A DNA stretch of 64,000 bases. Source: Heliomicrobium sp. (GTDB lineage: Bacteria > Acidobacteriota > Blastocatellia > RBC074). Location of the stretch: NCBI GenBank assembly GCA_021155085.1, contig JAJNQA010000027.1, positions 30,058 through 94,057 on the forward strand. The letters run 5' to 3'. How positions within the stretch are numbered: position 1 is the first letter of the stretch; each line of letters begins with the position of its first letter. The translations under genes and the position numbers were made by a program. The notes beneath the pieces were generated by a model, which saw only the letters and a list, made by a program, of their open reading frames with translations, searched no databases and was not told the origin of the DNA. Below are positions 42,067-52,465 of the stretch, in pieces.

Positions 42067-42855
42067 TCAATCTGTTTTCGGCGCGCCGCCAATCAAGGCC
42101 AGCAATCCGCCATCCACGTCAATCGCAGTTCCAGTGACGAAGGATGCTGCATCCGTCAGCAGGAAGGCGATGACTTCGGCGACCTCCATCGGCTGGGCCA
42201 TTCGACCCATCGGGTGCATGCTCGCGCAGGCTTTGATGACGGAATCCGGATTGGCGTCAAGTGACGCAGACCAGCGAAACATCGGCGTGTCCACGGTTCC
42301 GGGGCAGACGCAGTTGACGCGGATGTGTTCCGCTGCGTAATCCACCGCCATTGCTCTGGTCAGCCCGAGCATCGCGTGCTTGCTGGTGACATACGCAACC
42401 GCGCCACGTTGCGACGCGTGCGATTGCACGGAGCCGACATTGACGATGGCGCCGCCACCGCTCTGCCGTAAATGCGGGATGGCCGCGCGAGAAACCAGAA
42501 ATGCGGCAGTCAGATTTACATCCATCACTTCGCGCCACAATTCCAGCGAAGTTTGTTCCGCATTGCCGTAGCGCTGAATGCCAGCGCTGTTGACGACGGC
42601 GTCGAGGCTTCCGAACGCCTGGACAGTTTGGGCGACAGCGCGCTCGGCGTCTTCCGGCTGAGCCAGATTGGCTTCAATGAAAATGGCGCGTTGATCCTGG
42701 TCATTGAGAGCGGTCAACGCTTCCGCACCTTTGCCGGCCTGCACATCAACAATGGCCACGCGCGCGCCGCGCTGATGAAGCAATTGCGCGGTGGCCAGAC
42801 CGATGCCGCTCGCGCCGCCGGTGACAAGCGCTGACAGTTTGCTGGAGTTGGTCAT
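42067..42855 (-). CDS. SDR-family NAD(P)-dependent oxidoreductase
   Basis: LVTGGASGIGLATA Rossmann, catalytic YxxxK (YVTSKHAM); start at MTNSS avoids overlap with kinase. Confidence 0.8.
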   Translation of the reverse strand: MTNSSKLSALVTGGASGIGLATAQLLHQRGARVAIVDVQAGKGAEALTALNDQDQRAIFIEANLAQPEDAERAVAQTVQAFGSLDAVVNSAGIQRYGNAEQTSLELWREVMDVNLTAAFLVSRAAIPHLRQSGGGAIVNVGSVQSHASQRGAVAYVTSKHAMLGLTRAMAVDYAAEHIRVNCVCPGTVDTPMFRWSASLDANPDSVIKACASMHPMGRMAQPMEVAEVIAFLLTDAASFVTGTAIDVDGGLLALIGGAPKTD

Positions 42856-42859
42856 GGGG

Positions 42860-45811
<2,952 letters not shown>

Positions 45812-46049
45812 AGTGCGCTCGTGTGGAATAAGTCCGAAACTCTAGCCGAGTTTGCCGGGCTGGGCAAGGTAGGCTTCATCCGATCATGATGTTCAAATCA
45901 TTTTGCCAGCGTCATCTCGAACCTTGACGAACCGGGCGCGCAAGGCAACCTTGACTGGCAATTTTCCTGGTCGCGGCAATCCTTCGACAAAAGGAGATGG
46001 GCCAGGCAAAGACGCTTGCGCCCATCTTTTCAGTTGTGATCGCCAATGG

Positions 46050-47936
46050 CTACTTAGGCGGCAAAACGCCCACTTTCAAATGCGAACTCAGTTTCGCTGA
46101 ATGGAATACGCGATGCGTCGCTTTCTGAAAATCGGCCTCCGTCGCGCTGTAGATGTCCACGAATTTCTGCGGATTGCGATCCACCAGCGGGAACCAGGAA
46201 CTTTGCACCTGCACCATCAGCCTGTGACCAGCCTTAAAGGTGTGATTCACGTCCTGCAAGTTGAATTTCACTTCGGTCGGCTGGTTGGGCGTAAAGGCTT
46301 CCGGTTTTGAGAAACTGTTGCGGAACTTGCCGCGCATGACTTCGGCGCGAACCAGCATTTGGAAACCGCCCATCTTCACCTGTGGCGACGTGTTCGGCGC
46401 GTTGTCGGGAGAAACGTCAATCAGCTTGACCACGAAATCCGCATCCGTGCCGGTGATCGAAACAAAGAGGTCAGCCAGAATCGGCCCGGCCAGTGTGATG
46501 TCTTCCGCCAGAGCTTCCGTCTGGAAGGTGAGCACATCAGACCGCCGCGCGGCAAAACGCTGATCTTCGATCATATAGCCCGTGCCGCGATTGTTCGTGA
46601 TTTCGTTGGTGTAGGGGACGGGCTTCGATGGATCGCTGATGTATTCGGCAAATTCGGAAGCTGATGATTTCGGCGCATCAAACGACAACTTGCCGTTCGC
46701 CTGAAAGTAAAGCGAACGCGCTTGTAATTGCGTCGGCGGCCACTGTTCGTAAGATTTCCATTCATTTGCGCCTGTCTGAAAGACCGATGCTTCCGGTAGT
46801 TTCAACTCACCTTTGTCTTTCAGATGGAAATTGAAAAACTTCAGCTCGACGTTTTCCCTGTACCATTCGGAAGGCTTTGAATCGAACCGGATGTTGCCCA
46901 GCGATTCACCCGTCCCGCGCGCCCATCCGCCGTGCGACCACGGTCCCATCACCAGCGCGTTGAAACCTTGCGGATTGTTCTTTTCGAGTTTCTGGTAAAT
47001 GTTCAACGGCCCAAACAGGTCTTCCGCGTCAAACCATCCGCCGACGGTCAGAACAGCAGTGTGGACTTTCTTCAAATGCGGCAGCGTGCTGTGCGACTGC
47101 CAGAATTCGTCGTAGGCGCCGTGGGCCATCACATCGTTCCAATACTTGTTCTGCCCCTTGAAATACTTCTTTTGCGCATTCGCCACCGGGCCGAGTTCGA
47201 GAAAAAACTGATAGGCGTCTGGAGTTCCCATATTGAAACTTTTGAATTGATTTTGCGTCGGTTGGGGACGCGGCATCCCGAAAAATTGATTGAAGCTGAA
47301 ACAGTCAAACAGGAAAAACGCGCCGTTGTGATGATCGTCATCGCCCAGAAACATATCGCCAATCGGAGCCTGTGGCGAAGACGCTTTCAATGCCGGATGC
47401 GGATCGTGCAGCGCCGCCGCCGCGTAAAAGCCTGGATAGGAGATGCCATACATTCCCGCGCGGCCATTGTTGTTCGGGATGTTTTTGATCAGCCAGTCAA
47501 TCGTGTCGTACGTGTCGCTCGCTTCGTCAATGTCGGCGTTCGATTTTTTGTTCGGAATGAAGGGCCGAACGTCTTCATAGTCGCCTTCGGACAGAAACGT
47601 CCCGCGCACATCCTGGTAAACGAAAATATACCCTTCCGAGGTGAACAGGGGGGAGGGGCCAAGCGACGGACGATACACTTCCACGCCATAAGGGCCGGAG
47701 CCATAAGGTGTGCGCGTCATCAGAAATGGGTATTTCTGGGAACCGTCTTTCGGCGAGTACACAACGGTGTACAGCTTCCTGCCATCACGCATCGGAATCT
47801 GATGTTCCGATTTAACGTAGTTCGCCTTGACATCGGCGATGGAACTTTGCGCCTGTACCGGCTGAGCAGGAGGGAAGGACGAAAACGCCAGGACTGCAAT
47901 ACACAGCAGTGGCGCGAGCAATCTGAATAACTTCAT
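46050..47936 (-). CDS. CocE/NonD-family hydrolase (X-Pro dipeptidyl-peptidase S15-like), secreted
   Basis: signal peptide MKLFRLLAPLLCIAVLA; GISYPGFY Ser nucleophile region. Confidence 0.75.
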   Translation of the reverse strand: MKLFRLLAPLLCIAVLAFSSFPPAQPVQAQSSIADVKANYVKSEHQIPMRDGRKLYTVVYSPKDGSQKYPFLMTRTPYGSGPYGVEVYRPSLGPSPLFTSEGYIFVYQDVRGTFLSEGDYEDVRPFIPNKKSNADIDEASDTYDTIDWLIKNIPNNNGRAGMYGISYPGFYAAAALHDPHPALKASSPQAPIGDMFLGDDDHHNGAFFLFDCFSFNQFFGMPRPQPTQNQFKSFNMGTPDAYQFFLELGPVANAQKKYFKGQNKYWNDVMAHGAYDEFWQSHSTLPHLKKVHTAVLTVGGWFDAEDLFGPLNIYQKLEKNNPQGFNALVMGPWSHGGWARGTGESLGNIRFDSKPSEWYRENVELKFFNFHLKDKGELKLPEASVFQTGANEWKSYEQWPPTQLQARSLYFQANGKLSFDAPKSSASEFAEYISDPSKPVPYTNEITNNRGTGYMIEDQRFAARRSDVLTFQTEALAEDITLAGPILADLFVSITGTDADFVVKLIDVSPDNAPNTSPQVKMGGFQMLVRAEVMRGKFRNSFSKPEAFTPNQPTEVKFNLQDVNHTFKAGHRLMVQVQSSWFPLVDRNPQKFVDIYSATEADFQKATHRVFHSAKLSSHLKVGVLPPK

Positions 47937-48097
47937 CAAGCAATCTCCTTGGGGTTGATTTCGACGGCAGAGCATAAACGACGGTCGGCGGGAAATCCAC
48001 GCCTGCAAATGCCTGCCGGCAGCCTGTCAATCTCGCAACCGGTAAGCGAGAATTCGCCGCTATTCAAGCTGTTGATTTCACTTACGGCAGAGGATAA

Positions 48098-49537
48098 ATG
48101 AATAACGAAAACGAGTTCGGCAAACCGCCGCTCCTTCGCTCGCTCAAACTGCGCGATCTGGTTCTGTTCAATTTGGTTGCGGTGCTGGGGTTGCGGCATC
48201 TGGCAATTTCGGCCAACTTTGGCCCCGGCGCGCTGGCGCTGTGGGGACTGGCCGCGCTCTTCTTTTTCATTCCCCAAGGTCTGGCCGTGATTGAACTGTC
48301 ATCGCGATTTCCGAATGAAGGTGGAATCTACTTCTGGACGAAGCAGGCGCTGGGAGAAGGGCATGGGTTTTTGTGTGGCTGGTGTTACTGGATCAACAAT
48401 GTTCTTTATTATCCCAATTTGCTGATCACGTCAGCCGTCATCGCGACGTACATTGTGGGAAAAGGCGACAGCGGATTCAGCGGCAATTGGAGCTACGTTT
48501 TGCCCGCGACGCTAATTGCGTTGTGGCTGGCAGTCATCATCAATATCGTGGGAGTAGGAACGGGAAAATGGCTGCAAAACGCCGGCGCGCTCGGCACGTA
48601 TATTCCCGGACTGATCATCATCCTGCTTGGCATCCACGGCGCAATCTACGGCCCGCCTGCCAACCCGATCAACATTTCCACGCTGATACCGGATTTTTCC
48701 GATTTTGGATCATTGAACTTGCTCTCTGCCGTGGCCTTCGCCTTTGCCGGGCTGGAACTCGTTTCGACTATGGGCGATGAAGTGGAGAACCCAAAGCGAA
48801 ATCTCTCCCGATCCGTTTTTATCGCCGCGCCACTGATTGCGATGGCTTATGTGCTGGGCACGGCAGCGCTGCTCTGGCTGGTGCCGAAACAGGAGATCAA
48901 TGTTGTTTCGGGAATTCTGCAAGCCATCTCAAACGGCATCGGCAATCTTCCTGGAAGCTTGCGCTGGCTGATGCCGGTTTGCGCCGCACTGTACACTCTC
49001 GGAAACATTGGCTGCGTCGGAGCCTGGCTGGTTGGACCGGCGCGCGTGGCATTTGTTATCGGTTTGGATCGTTACTTTCCGGCGTGGTTCGGCAAGGTGC
49101 ATCCAACATGGCGCACACCATATGCCGCCATTCTGGTTCAGGCTTCACTGGCAACGGTTTTTCTCCTGCTTTCAATTCTGGGGAAAGGCACCACCGTTGA
49201 AGAGGTTTATCTGATTTTGCTCGACACGCAAGTGCTGATCTACTTCATTCCCTATGCCTATCTCTTCATCGTTTTTCTGCTTCACCGCATACGCGCTGAA
49301 GCTTGCCAGGGCGTGGTACTCGCGCCAGGAGGTCGTCCAGGCGCGTGGATTATTGGGGGAAGCGGCCTGACTCTGACCTTGTTCGCGATGGTTGTCGCGA
49401 TGATTCCACCAGCGTCCAGTGCCCATCCAATGCTGTTTAGAGCAAAGGTGATCGGGGGCGCTCTGGGTTTCATTTTGGTCGGCGGAGTAATCTACGGAAT
49501 TGCAAAGATGAAGAATAAAGGCACTTTTAGGAAGTAA
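48098..49537 (+). CDS. APC-family amino acid permease
   Basis: 12 TM, APC signature FGPGALALWGLAALFFFIPQGL...NEGGIYFW. Confidence 0.8.
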   Translation: MNNENEFGKPPLLRSLKLRDLVLFNLVAVLGLRHLAISANFGPGALALWGLAALFFFIPQGLAVIELSSRFPNEGGIYFWTKQALGEGHGFLCGWCYWINNVLYYPNLLITSAVIATYIVGKGDSGFSGNWSYVLPATLIALWLAVIINIVGVGTGKWLQNAGALGTYIPGLIIILLGIHGAIYGPPANPINISTLIPDFSDFGSLNLLSAVAFAFAGLELVSTMGDEVENPKRNLSRSVFIAAPLIAMAYVLGTAALLWLVPKQEINVVSGILQAISNGIGNLPGSLRWLMPVCAALYTLGNIGCVGAWLVGPARVAFVIGLDRYFPAWFGKVHPTWRTPYAAILVQASLATVFLLLSILGKGTTVEEVYLILLDTQVLIYFIPYAYLFIVFLLHRIRAEACQGVVLAPGGRPGAWIIGGSGLTLTLFAMVVAMIPPASSAHPMLFRAKVIGGALGFILVGGVIYGIAKMKNKGTFRK

Positions 49538-49682
49538 GCTATGAAAATGAAGTAACATCACTTTCAGAAATGATAACGCGTATTATGGTAAAACAACTCG
49601 TTTCTCACTTATCACGCATGCAAAATATCGATATTGTGTACCATCAAGGCAGAATATATTTTCTAAATGAGAGATTATTTTC

Positions 49683-49711
49683 TTGACGGCCTTCCCGGAC
49701 AGGAGTATAAA
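49683..49711 (+). promoter_or_regulatory. near-consensus sigma70 promoter (-35 TTGACG, 17-bp spacer, -10 TATAAA) in AT-rich leader upstream of tRNA array
   Basis: TTGACG-gccttcccggacaggag-TATAAA. Confidence 0.6.
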
Positions 49712-50095
49712 ACGCGACGGTGAAAGTGAATGAAGTAGCTTTCAGCCAGTTCAAGGTAAAGATCAAATTTTCGGTAATTAATTTTCAAGACACTTTTCAG
49801 GACGCTATGTTGCTCAATGGACACAAAAACTTGATAGCCGCCAACGCGACAACGAAACGTCGCGCCGCCATCTCAGCATGTTGGCAATTTGGCGTCGTGG
49901 TGACCTTGGGAAGCAACCCGAATACGCCATCCAACAATTCGATTGATTCGATGATGCTGCGAGATAAAACCAGACGGGCGGGATCGCCCGAACGTTTAGT
50001 CGGCGGTTATCTCTTTAGTCATCAATGTTAAGCCAGCGGGAGCGGTTTCCCGCTCCCGAAAATTCCAAGTTCAAGTACACCAGGGATTTAAGGTC

Positions 50096-50140
50096 GAGCG
50101 GGCCGCTTCAACGAAAGTTCTGAAGCTTGCCCGCTTTTTC
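50096..50140 (+). terminator. rho-independent terminator/attenuator hairpin + TTTTT just upstream of first tRNA
   Basis: GCGGGC-CGCTTCA-acgaaagttc-TGAAGC-TT-GCCCGC-TTTTT. Confidence 0.6.
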
Positions 50141-50176
50141 CTTTTGCGGCAGCGCCTTCAGCAAAAAGGTTTCGAC

Positions 50177-50262
50177 GCCGGAGAAGCCCGATGGACGGGC
50201 GGCGGACTGTAAACCCGTTGTGGACGTGTGTCTGCAAGCAGGTTCGATTCCTGCCTCCGGCA
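50177..50262 (+). tRNA. tRNA-Tyr(GTA), type II (19-nt variable arm); non-canonical A8-A9
   Basis: acceptor GCCGGAG/CTCCGGC, loop CTGTAAA, T-arm GCAGG-TTCGATT-CCTGC, disc A; A31-C39 mismatch. Confidence 0.55.
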
Positions 50263-50267
50263 TTTCG

Positions 50268-50339
50268 GGGAGTATGTGGTAACTGGCAACCGGTCGGTCT
50301 CCAAAACCGATATTCCAGGTTCAAATCCTGGTACTCCTG
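50268..50339 (+). tRNA. tRNA-Trp(CCA)
   Basis: anticodon arm TCGGT-CTCCAAA-ACCGA, T-arm CCAGG-TTCAAAT-CCTGG, G1-U72; irregular D-arm. Confidence 0.6.
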
Positions 50340-50358
50340 TCAACGTTTGTAGCTATTT

Positions 50359-50446
50359 AGAGGCGTGGCGGAATTGGCAATCGCACTGGTCCGCTAAACC
50401 AGGGAGCTACTACAGTCTCGTGTGGGTTCGAGTCCCACCGCCTCTG
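50359..50446 (+). tRNA. tRNA-Ser(GCT), type II; C33 in anticodon loop
   Basis: acceptor AGAGGCG/CGCCTCT, CTGGT-CCGCTAA-ACCAG, long variable arm, T-arm GTGGG-TTCGAGT-CCCAC. Confidence 0.6.
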
Positions 50447-50465
50447 TCGAGTTATTTTTAGTTAC

Positions 50466-50550
50466 GGAGGGTTAGCCTAATTGGTAAGGCAGCAGTTTCG
50501 AAAACTGCCGTAGGATTGTACCTTTGAGGGTTCGAGTCCCTCACCCTCCT
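50466..50550 (+). tRNA. tRNA-Ser(CGA), type II; CCA encoded (50551-50553)
   Basis: acceptor GGAGGGT/ACCCTCC, GCAGT-TTCGAAA-ACTGC, T-arm GAGGG-TTCGAGT-CCCTC. Confidence 0.7.
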
Positions 50551-50600
50551 CCATTAAGTTCGGAGGTAATCAGCAACGCAATTAAGTTACAAATAGTTAT

Positions 50601-50684
50601 GGAGGGATGGCCGAATTGGCAAGGCAGTAGTTTTGAAAACTACCGGAGGTAACACTCTTCGGGGTTCGAGTCCCCGTCCCTTCG
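50601..50684 (+). tRNA. tRNA-Ser(TGA), type II
   Basis: acceptor GGAGGGA/TCCCTTC, GTAGT-TTTGAAA-ACTAC, T-arm CGGGG-TTCGAGT-CCCCG. Confidence 0.7.
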
Positions 50685-50715
50685 TCAGGTAGTAGTGTGT
50701 CTTGCAGGTACTTTG

Positions 50716-50791
50716 GCACTGGTAGCTCAGTTGGAATCAGAGCGCGGGCCTCCGAAGCCTGAGGTCGCGAGTTCGAGTCTCGCCCGGTGCA
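50716..50791 (+). tRNA. tRNA-Arg(CCG)
   Basis: acceptor GCACTGG/CCGGTGC, CGGGC-CTCCGAA-GCCTG, T-arm GCGAG-TTCGAGT-CTCGC. Confidence 0.7.
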
Positions 50792-50846
50792 TTTGACGTA
50801 AGTCGAACGTTATTTGAAAAGCCGGAAGTTATATTCAAATTACTTT

Positions 50847-50921
50847 GCGGGTGTGGCGCAAGCTGGTAGACGCGCAGCGCTAAGAACGCTGTTATTGGAG
50901 GTTCAAGTCCTCTCACCCGCA
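50847..50921 (+). tRNA. compact (type I, 75 nt) Leu-like tRNA with anticodon AAG
   Basis: acceptor GCGGGTG/CACCCGC, Leu-type D-arm GCG-CAAGCTGGTAGA-CGC, CAGCG-CTAAGAA-CGCTG, 5-nt variable loop, T-arm GGAGG-TTCAAGT-CCTCT, disc A. Confidence 0.5.
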
Positions 50922-50931
50922 TTTGGCGTTT

Positions 50932-51006
50932 GCAGGCATGGCGCAAATTGGCAGACGCGGCAGTCTCAAAAACTGCATTGTGAAGGTTCGAGTCCTTCTG
51001 CCTGCA
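50932..51006 (+). tRNA. compact (type I, 75 nt) Leu-like tRNA, anticodon CAA
   Basis: acceptor GCAGGCA/TGCCTGC, D-arm GCG-CAAATTGGCAGA-CGC, GCAGT-CTCAAAA-ACTGC, variable ATTGT, T-arm GAAGG-TTCGAGT-CCTTC, disc A. Confidence 0.55.
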
Positions 51007-51022
51007 TTATTGAAAGTTTTTT

Positions 51023-51098
51023 GTGGGTGTGGCGCAATTCAGGTAGACGCACCGGTCTCAGAAGCCGGTTGTTGGAGGTTCAAGTCCTCTCACCCACA
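51023..51098 (+). tRNA. compact (type I, 76 nt) Leu-like tRNA, anticodon CAG
   Basis: acceptor GTGGGTG/CACCCAC, D-arm GCG-CAATTCAGGTAGA-CGC, CCGGT-CTCAGAA-GCCGG, variable TTGTT, disc A. Confidence 0.55.
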
Positions 51099-51108
51099 TC
51101 AGATTTTC

Positions 51109-51181
51109 GTCGGCGTAGCTCAATTGGGAGAGCGCGAGTTTGCCAGGCTCGAGGTCGGGAGTTCAAACCTCCTCGCCGACT
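51109..51181 (+). tRNA. tRNA-Gly(GCC); CCA encoded (51182-51184)
   Basis: acceptor GTCGGCG/CGCCGAC, CGAGT-TTGCCAG-GCTCG, T-arm GGGAG-TTCAAAC-CTCCT, disc T. Confidence 0.7.
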
Positions 51182-51193
51182 CCATATTCTTTT

Positions 51194-51267
51194 GCACGCT
51201 TGGCCGAGTGGATTACAGGCGCAGGGCCGCAGCCCCTGTCAGGGCGGTTCGATTCCGTCAGCGTGCT
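51194..51267 (+). tRNA. Cys-like tRNA (anticodon GCA) with Ser-like D-arm, C33 and G37
   Basis: acceptor GCACGCT/AGCGTGC, disc T, CAGGG-CCGCAGC-CCCTG, T-arm GGCGG-TTCGATT-CCGTC. Confidence 0.45.
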
Positions 51268-51278
51268 TCATTTGATCT

Positions 51279-51354
51279 GCCGAAGTGGCGCAAACAGGCA
51301 GACGCGTGGAGCTTAAACCTCCGTCATTTGAGGGTTCGAGTCCCTCCTTCGGCA
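51279..51354 (+). tRNA. compact (type I, 76 nt) Leu-like tRNA, anticodon TAA
   Basis: acceptor GCCGAAG/CTTCGGC, D-arm GCG-CAAACAGGCAGA-CGC, TGGAG-CTTAAAC-CTCCG, short variable loop, T-arm GAGGG-TTCGAGT-CCCTC, disc A. Confidence 0.55.
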
Positions 51355-51365
51355 TTGTCAGTTTT

Positions 51366-51435
51366 TGCGGGTGGGCAAGTGCTCAGTTAGGTCTCATAAG
51401 CCTCGACTCGCTGGGAGCGTTACCCAGACCCGCAA
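51366..51435 (+). pseudogene. degenerate tRNA-like (CAT anticodon loop CTCATAA; non-canonical T-loop AGCGTTA)
   Basis: acceptor TGCGGGT/ACCCGCA pairs; D/T arms irregular. Confidence 0.3.
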
Positions 51436-51445
51436 TCAAAGTATG

Positions 51446-51521
51446 GGGCGCTGGGCAAGTCCGGTGAAGCCGTCGGTCTTTCAAGCTGAAGATCGTGGAT
51501 TCAAATCCCACACGACGCCCT
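51446..51521 (+). pseudogene. degenerate tRNA-like (TTC anticodon loop; T-stem A53-C61 mismatch and 2-nt insertion before 3' acceptor)
   Basis: GGGCGCTGGGCAAGT 5' end paralogous to 51366 copy; TCGGT-CTTTCAA-GCTGA. Confidence 0.3.
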
Positions 51522-51569
51522 ACTGTGTTTAGTTACATGATGTTACTCGGCAAGTAACTCGAAGTTACT

Positions 51570-51642
51570 GAGTCCGTGGCCTAATTGGCAAGGCAACAGC
51601 CTTTTAAGCTGTAAGATGTGGGTTCGATTCCCACCGGACTCA
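51570..51642 (+). tRNA. tRNA-Lys(TTT)
   Basis: acceptor GAGTCCG/CGGACTC, ACAGC-CTTTTAA-GCTGT, T-arm GTGGG-TTCGATT-CCCAC. Confidence 0.75.
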
Positions 51643-51660
51643 TTCGGATTTTTGAAGTTT

Positions 51661-51752
51661 GCTCCCGTAGCTTAAATGGAGAAAGCGGCGCGAAAATGAC
51701 GTGTCAGCATCGAGGGTCGCTGGAAATCCGGGTTCAAATCCCGGCTGGAGTC
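51661..51752 (+). tRNA. 92-nt tRNA-like gene with about 23-nt extra arm and non-canonical anticodon loop (AAAATGA); paralog of 51774 gene
   Basis: acceptor GCTCCCG/CTGGAGT (one C-U mismatch), D-arm GCTT-AAATGGAGA-AAGC, T-arm CCGGG-TTCAAAT-CCCGG. Confidence 0.35.
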
Positions 51753-51773
51753 TTTGTTTTTGGCTGCTGATTG

Positions 51774-51863
51774 GCTCCTGTAGCTCAACAGGCAGAGCGG
51801 CACGCTTATAACGTGTAAGCACCAGATCGGTGCGTGATCCGGGTTCGAATCCCGGCGGGAGCA
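51774..51863 (+). tRNA. 90-nt Ile-like tRNA, anticodon TAT, with about 22-nt stem-loop variable arm
   Basis: acceptor GCTCCTG/CGGGAGC, D-arm GCTC-AACAGGCA-GAGC, GCACG-CTTATAA-CGTGT, extra arm GCACC-agatc-GGTGC, T-arm CCGGG-TTCGAAT-CCCGG. Confidence 0.45.
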
Positions 51864-51874
51864 TCAGGATTTCT

Positions 51875-51949
51875 GGCGGGTGTAGCTCAGGCAGGCAGAG
51901 CGTCTGGCTGTGAACCAGAAAGCCGCCGGTTCAAATCCGGTCACTCGCC
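51875..51949 (+). tRNA. tRNA-His(GTG) with genome-encoded G-1
   Basis: G-1 + GCGGGTG/CACTCGC, disc C pairs G-1; TCTGG-CTGTGAA-CCAGA; T-arm GCCGG-TTCAAAT-CCGGT. Confidence 0.75.
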
Positions 51950-51967
51950 CTGATTTTTGAAGGTCTT

Positions 51968-52039
51968 TGGGATGTCGTCTAACTGGCAGGACGGTAGTCT
52001 TTGAAGCTATCTGTCGAGGTTCGAATCCTCGCATCCCGG
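51968..52039 (+). tRNA. tRNA-Gln(TTG), U1
   Basis: acceptor TGGGATG/CATCCCG, GTAGT-CTTTGAA-GCTAT, T-arm CGAGG-TTCGAAT-CCTCG. Confidence 0.65.
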
Positions 52040-52043
52040 TTTT

Positions 52044-52116
52044 GCACCTGAAGCTCAGTTGGCAGAGCACGCGGTTGATAACCGCGCGGTCGAAGGTTCG
52101 AGTCCTTCCGGGTGCA
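52044..52116 (+). tRNA. tRNA-Ile(GAT)
   Basis: acceptor GCACCTG/CGGGTGC, CGCGG-TTGATAA-CCGCG, T-arm GAAGG-TTCGAGT-CCTTC. Confidence 0.75.
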
Positions 52117-52126
52117 TCGAATTTGT

Positions 52127-52200
52127 GGGGCGTTGGTGTAGATGGTGAACACGCTCGGCTTTCAATCGAGAGATGGCCGGTTCGAGTCCGGTACGCCCTA
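52127..52200 (+). tRNA. tRNA-Glu(TTC)
   Basis: acceptor GGGGCGT/ACGCCCT, CTCGG-CTTTCAA-TCGAG, T-arm GCCGG-TTCGAGT-CCGGT. Confidence 0.7.
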
Positions 52201-52212
52201 CTCAAGTTTTAT

Positions 52213-52286
52213 GGGATCGTGGGCCAGTTGGAGTGGCTGCAGCCCTGTCAAGGCTGAGATCACGGGTTCGAGTCCCGTCGGTCCCG
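52213..52286 (+). tRNA. tRNA-Asp(GTC)
   Basis: acceptor GGGATCG/CGGTCCC, CAGCC-CTGTCAA-GGCTG, T-arm ACGGG-TTCGAGT-CCCGT. Confidence 0.75.
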
Positions 52287-52302
52287 TTTAGGATTTGAAA
52301 AT

Positions 52303-52375
52303 GGATCGGTAACTCAATGGTCAGAGTGCCTGCCTCTTAAGCAGGAAGTTGTGGGTTCAAGTCCCACCCGATCCA
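52303..52375 (+). tRNA. tRNA-Lys(CTT); CCA encoded (52376-52378)
   Basis: acceptor GGATCGG/CCGATCC, CCTGC-CTCTTAA-GCAGG, T-arm GTGGG-TTCAAGT-CCCAC. Confidence 0.75.
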
Positions 52376-52387
52376 CCAAAAAGTTTT

Positions 52388-52460
52388 TACAGGGTAGCTC
52401 AGTTGGCAGAGCGCCGGTCTGTTAAACCGGTCCGCGCGGGTTCGAGTCCCGCCCCTGTAG
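52388..52460 (+). tRNA. tRNA-Asn(GTT)
   Basis: acceptor TACAGGG/CCCTGTA, CCGGT-CTGTTAA-ACCGG, T-arm GCGGG-TTCGAGT-CCCGC. Confidence 0.75.
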
Positions 52461-52465
52461 CTTTT

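Noticed and set aside
49720-50031. 103-aa ORF in the AT-rich leader
   Set aside because: GTG start coincides with the predicted transcription start, and there is no SD or motif; more likely the region is non-coding (leader or ncRNA).
51661-51752. Possible tRNA-Sec (92 nt)
   Set aside because: No UCA anticodon, 7-bp rather than 8-bp acceptor stem, and a standard 4-bp D-stem; treated as an aberrant type-II tRNA paralog instead.
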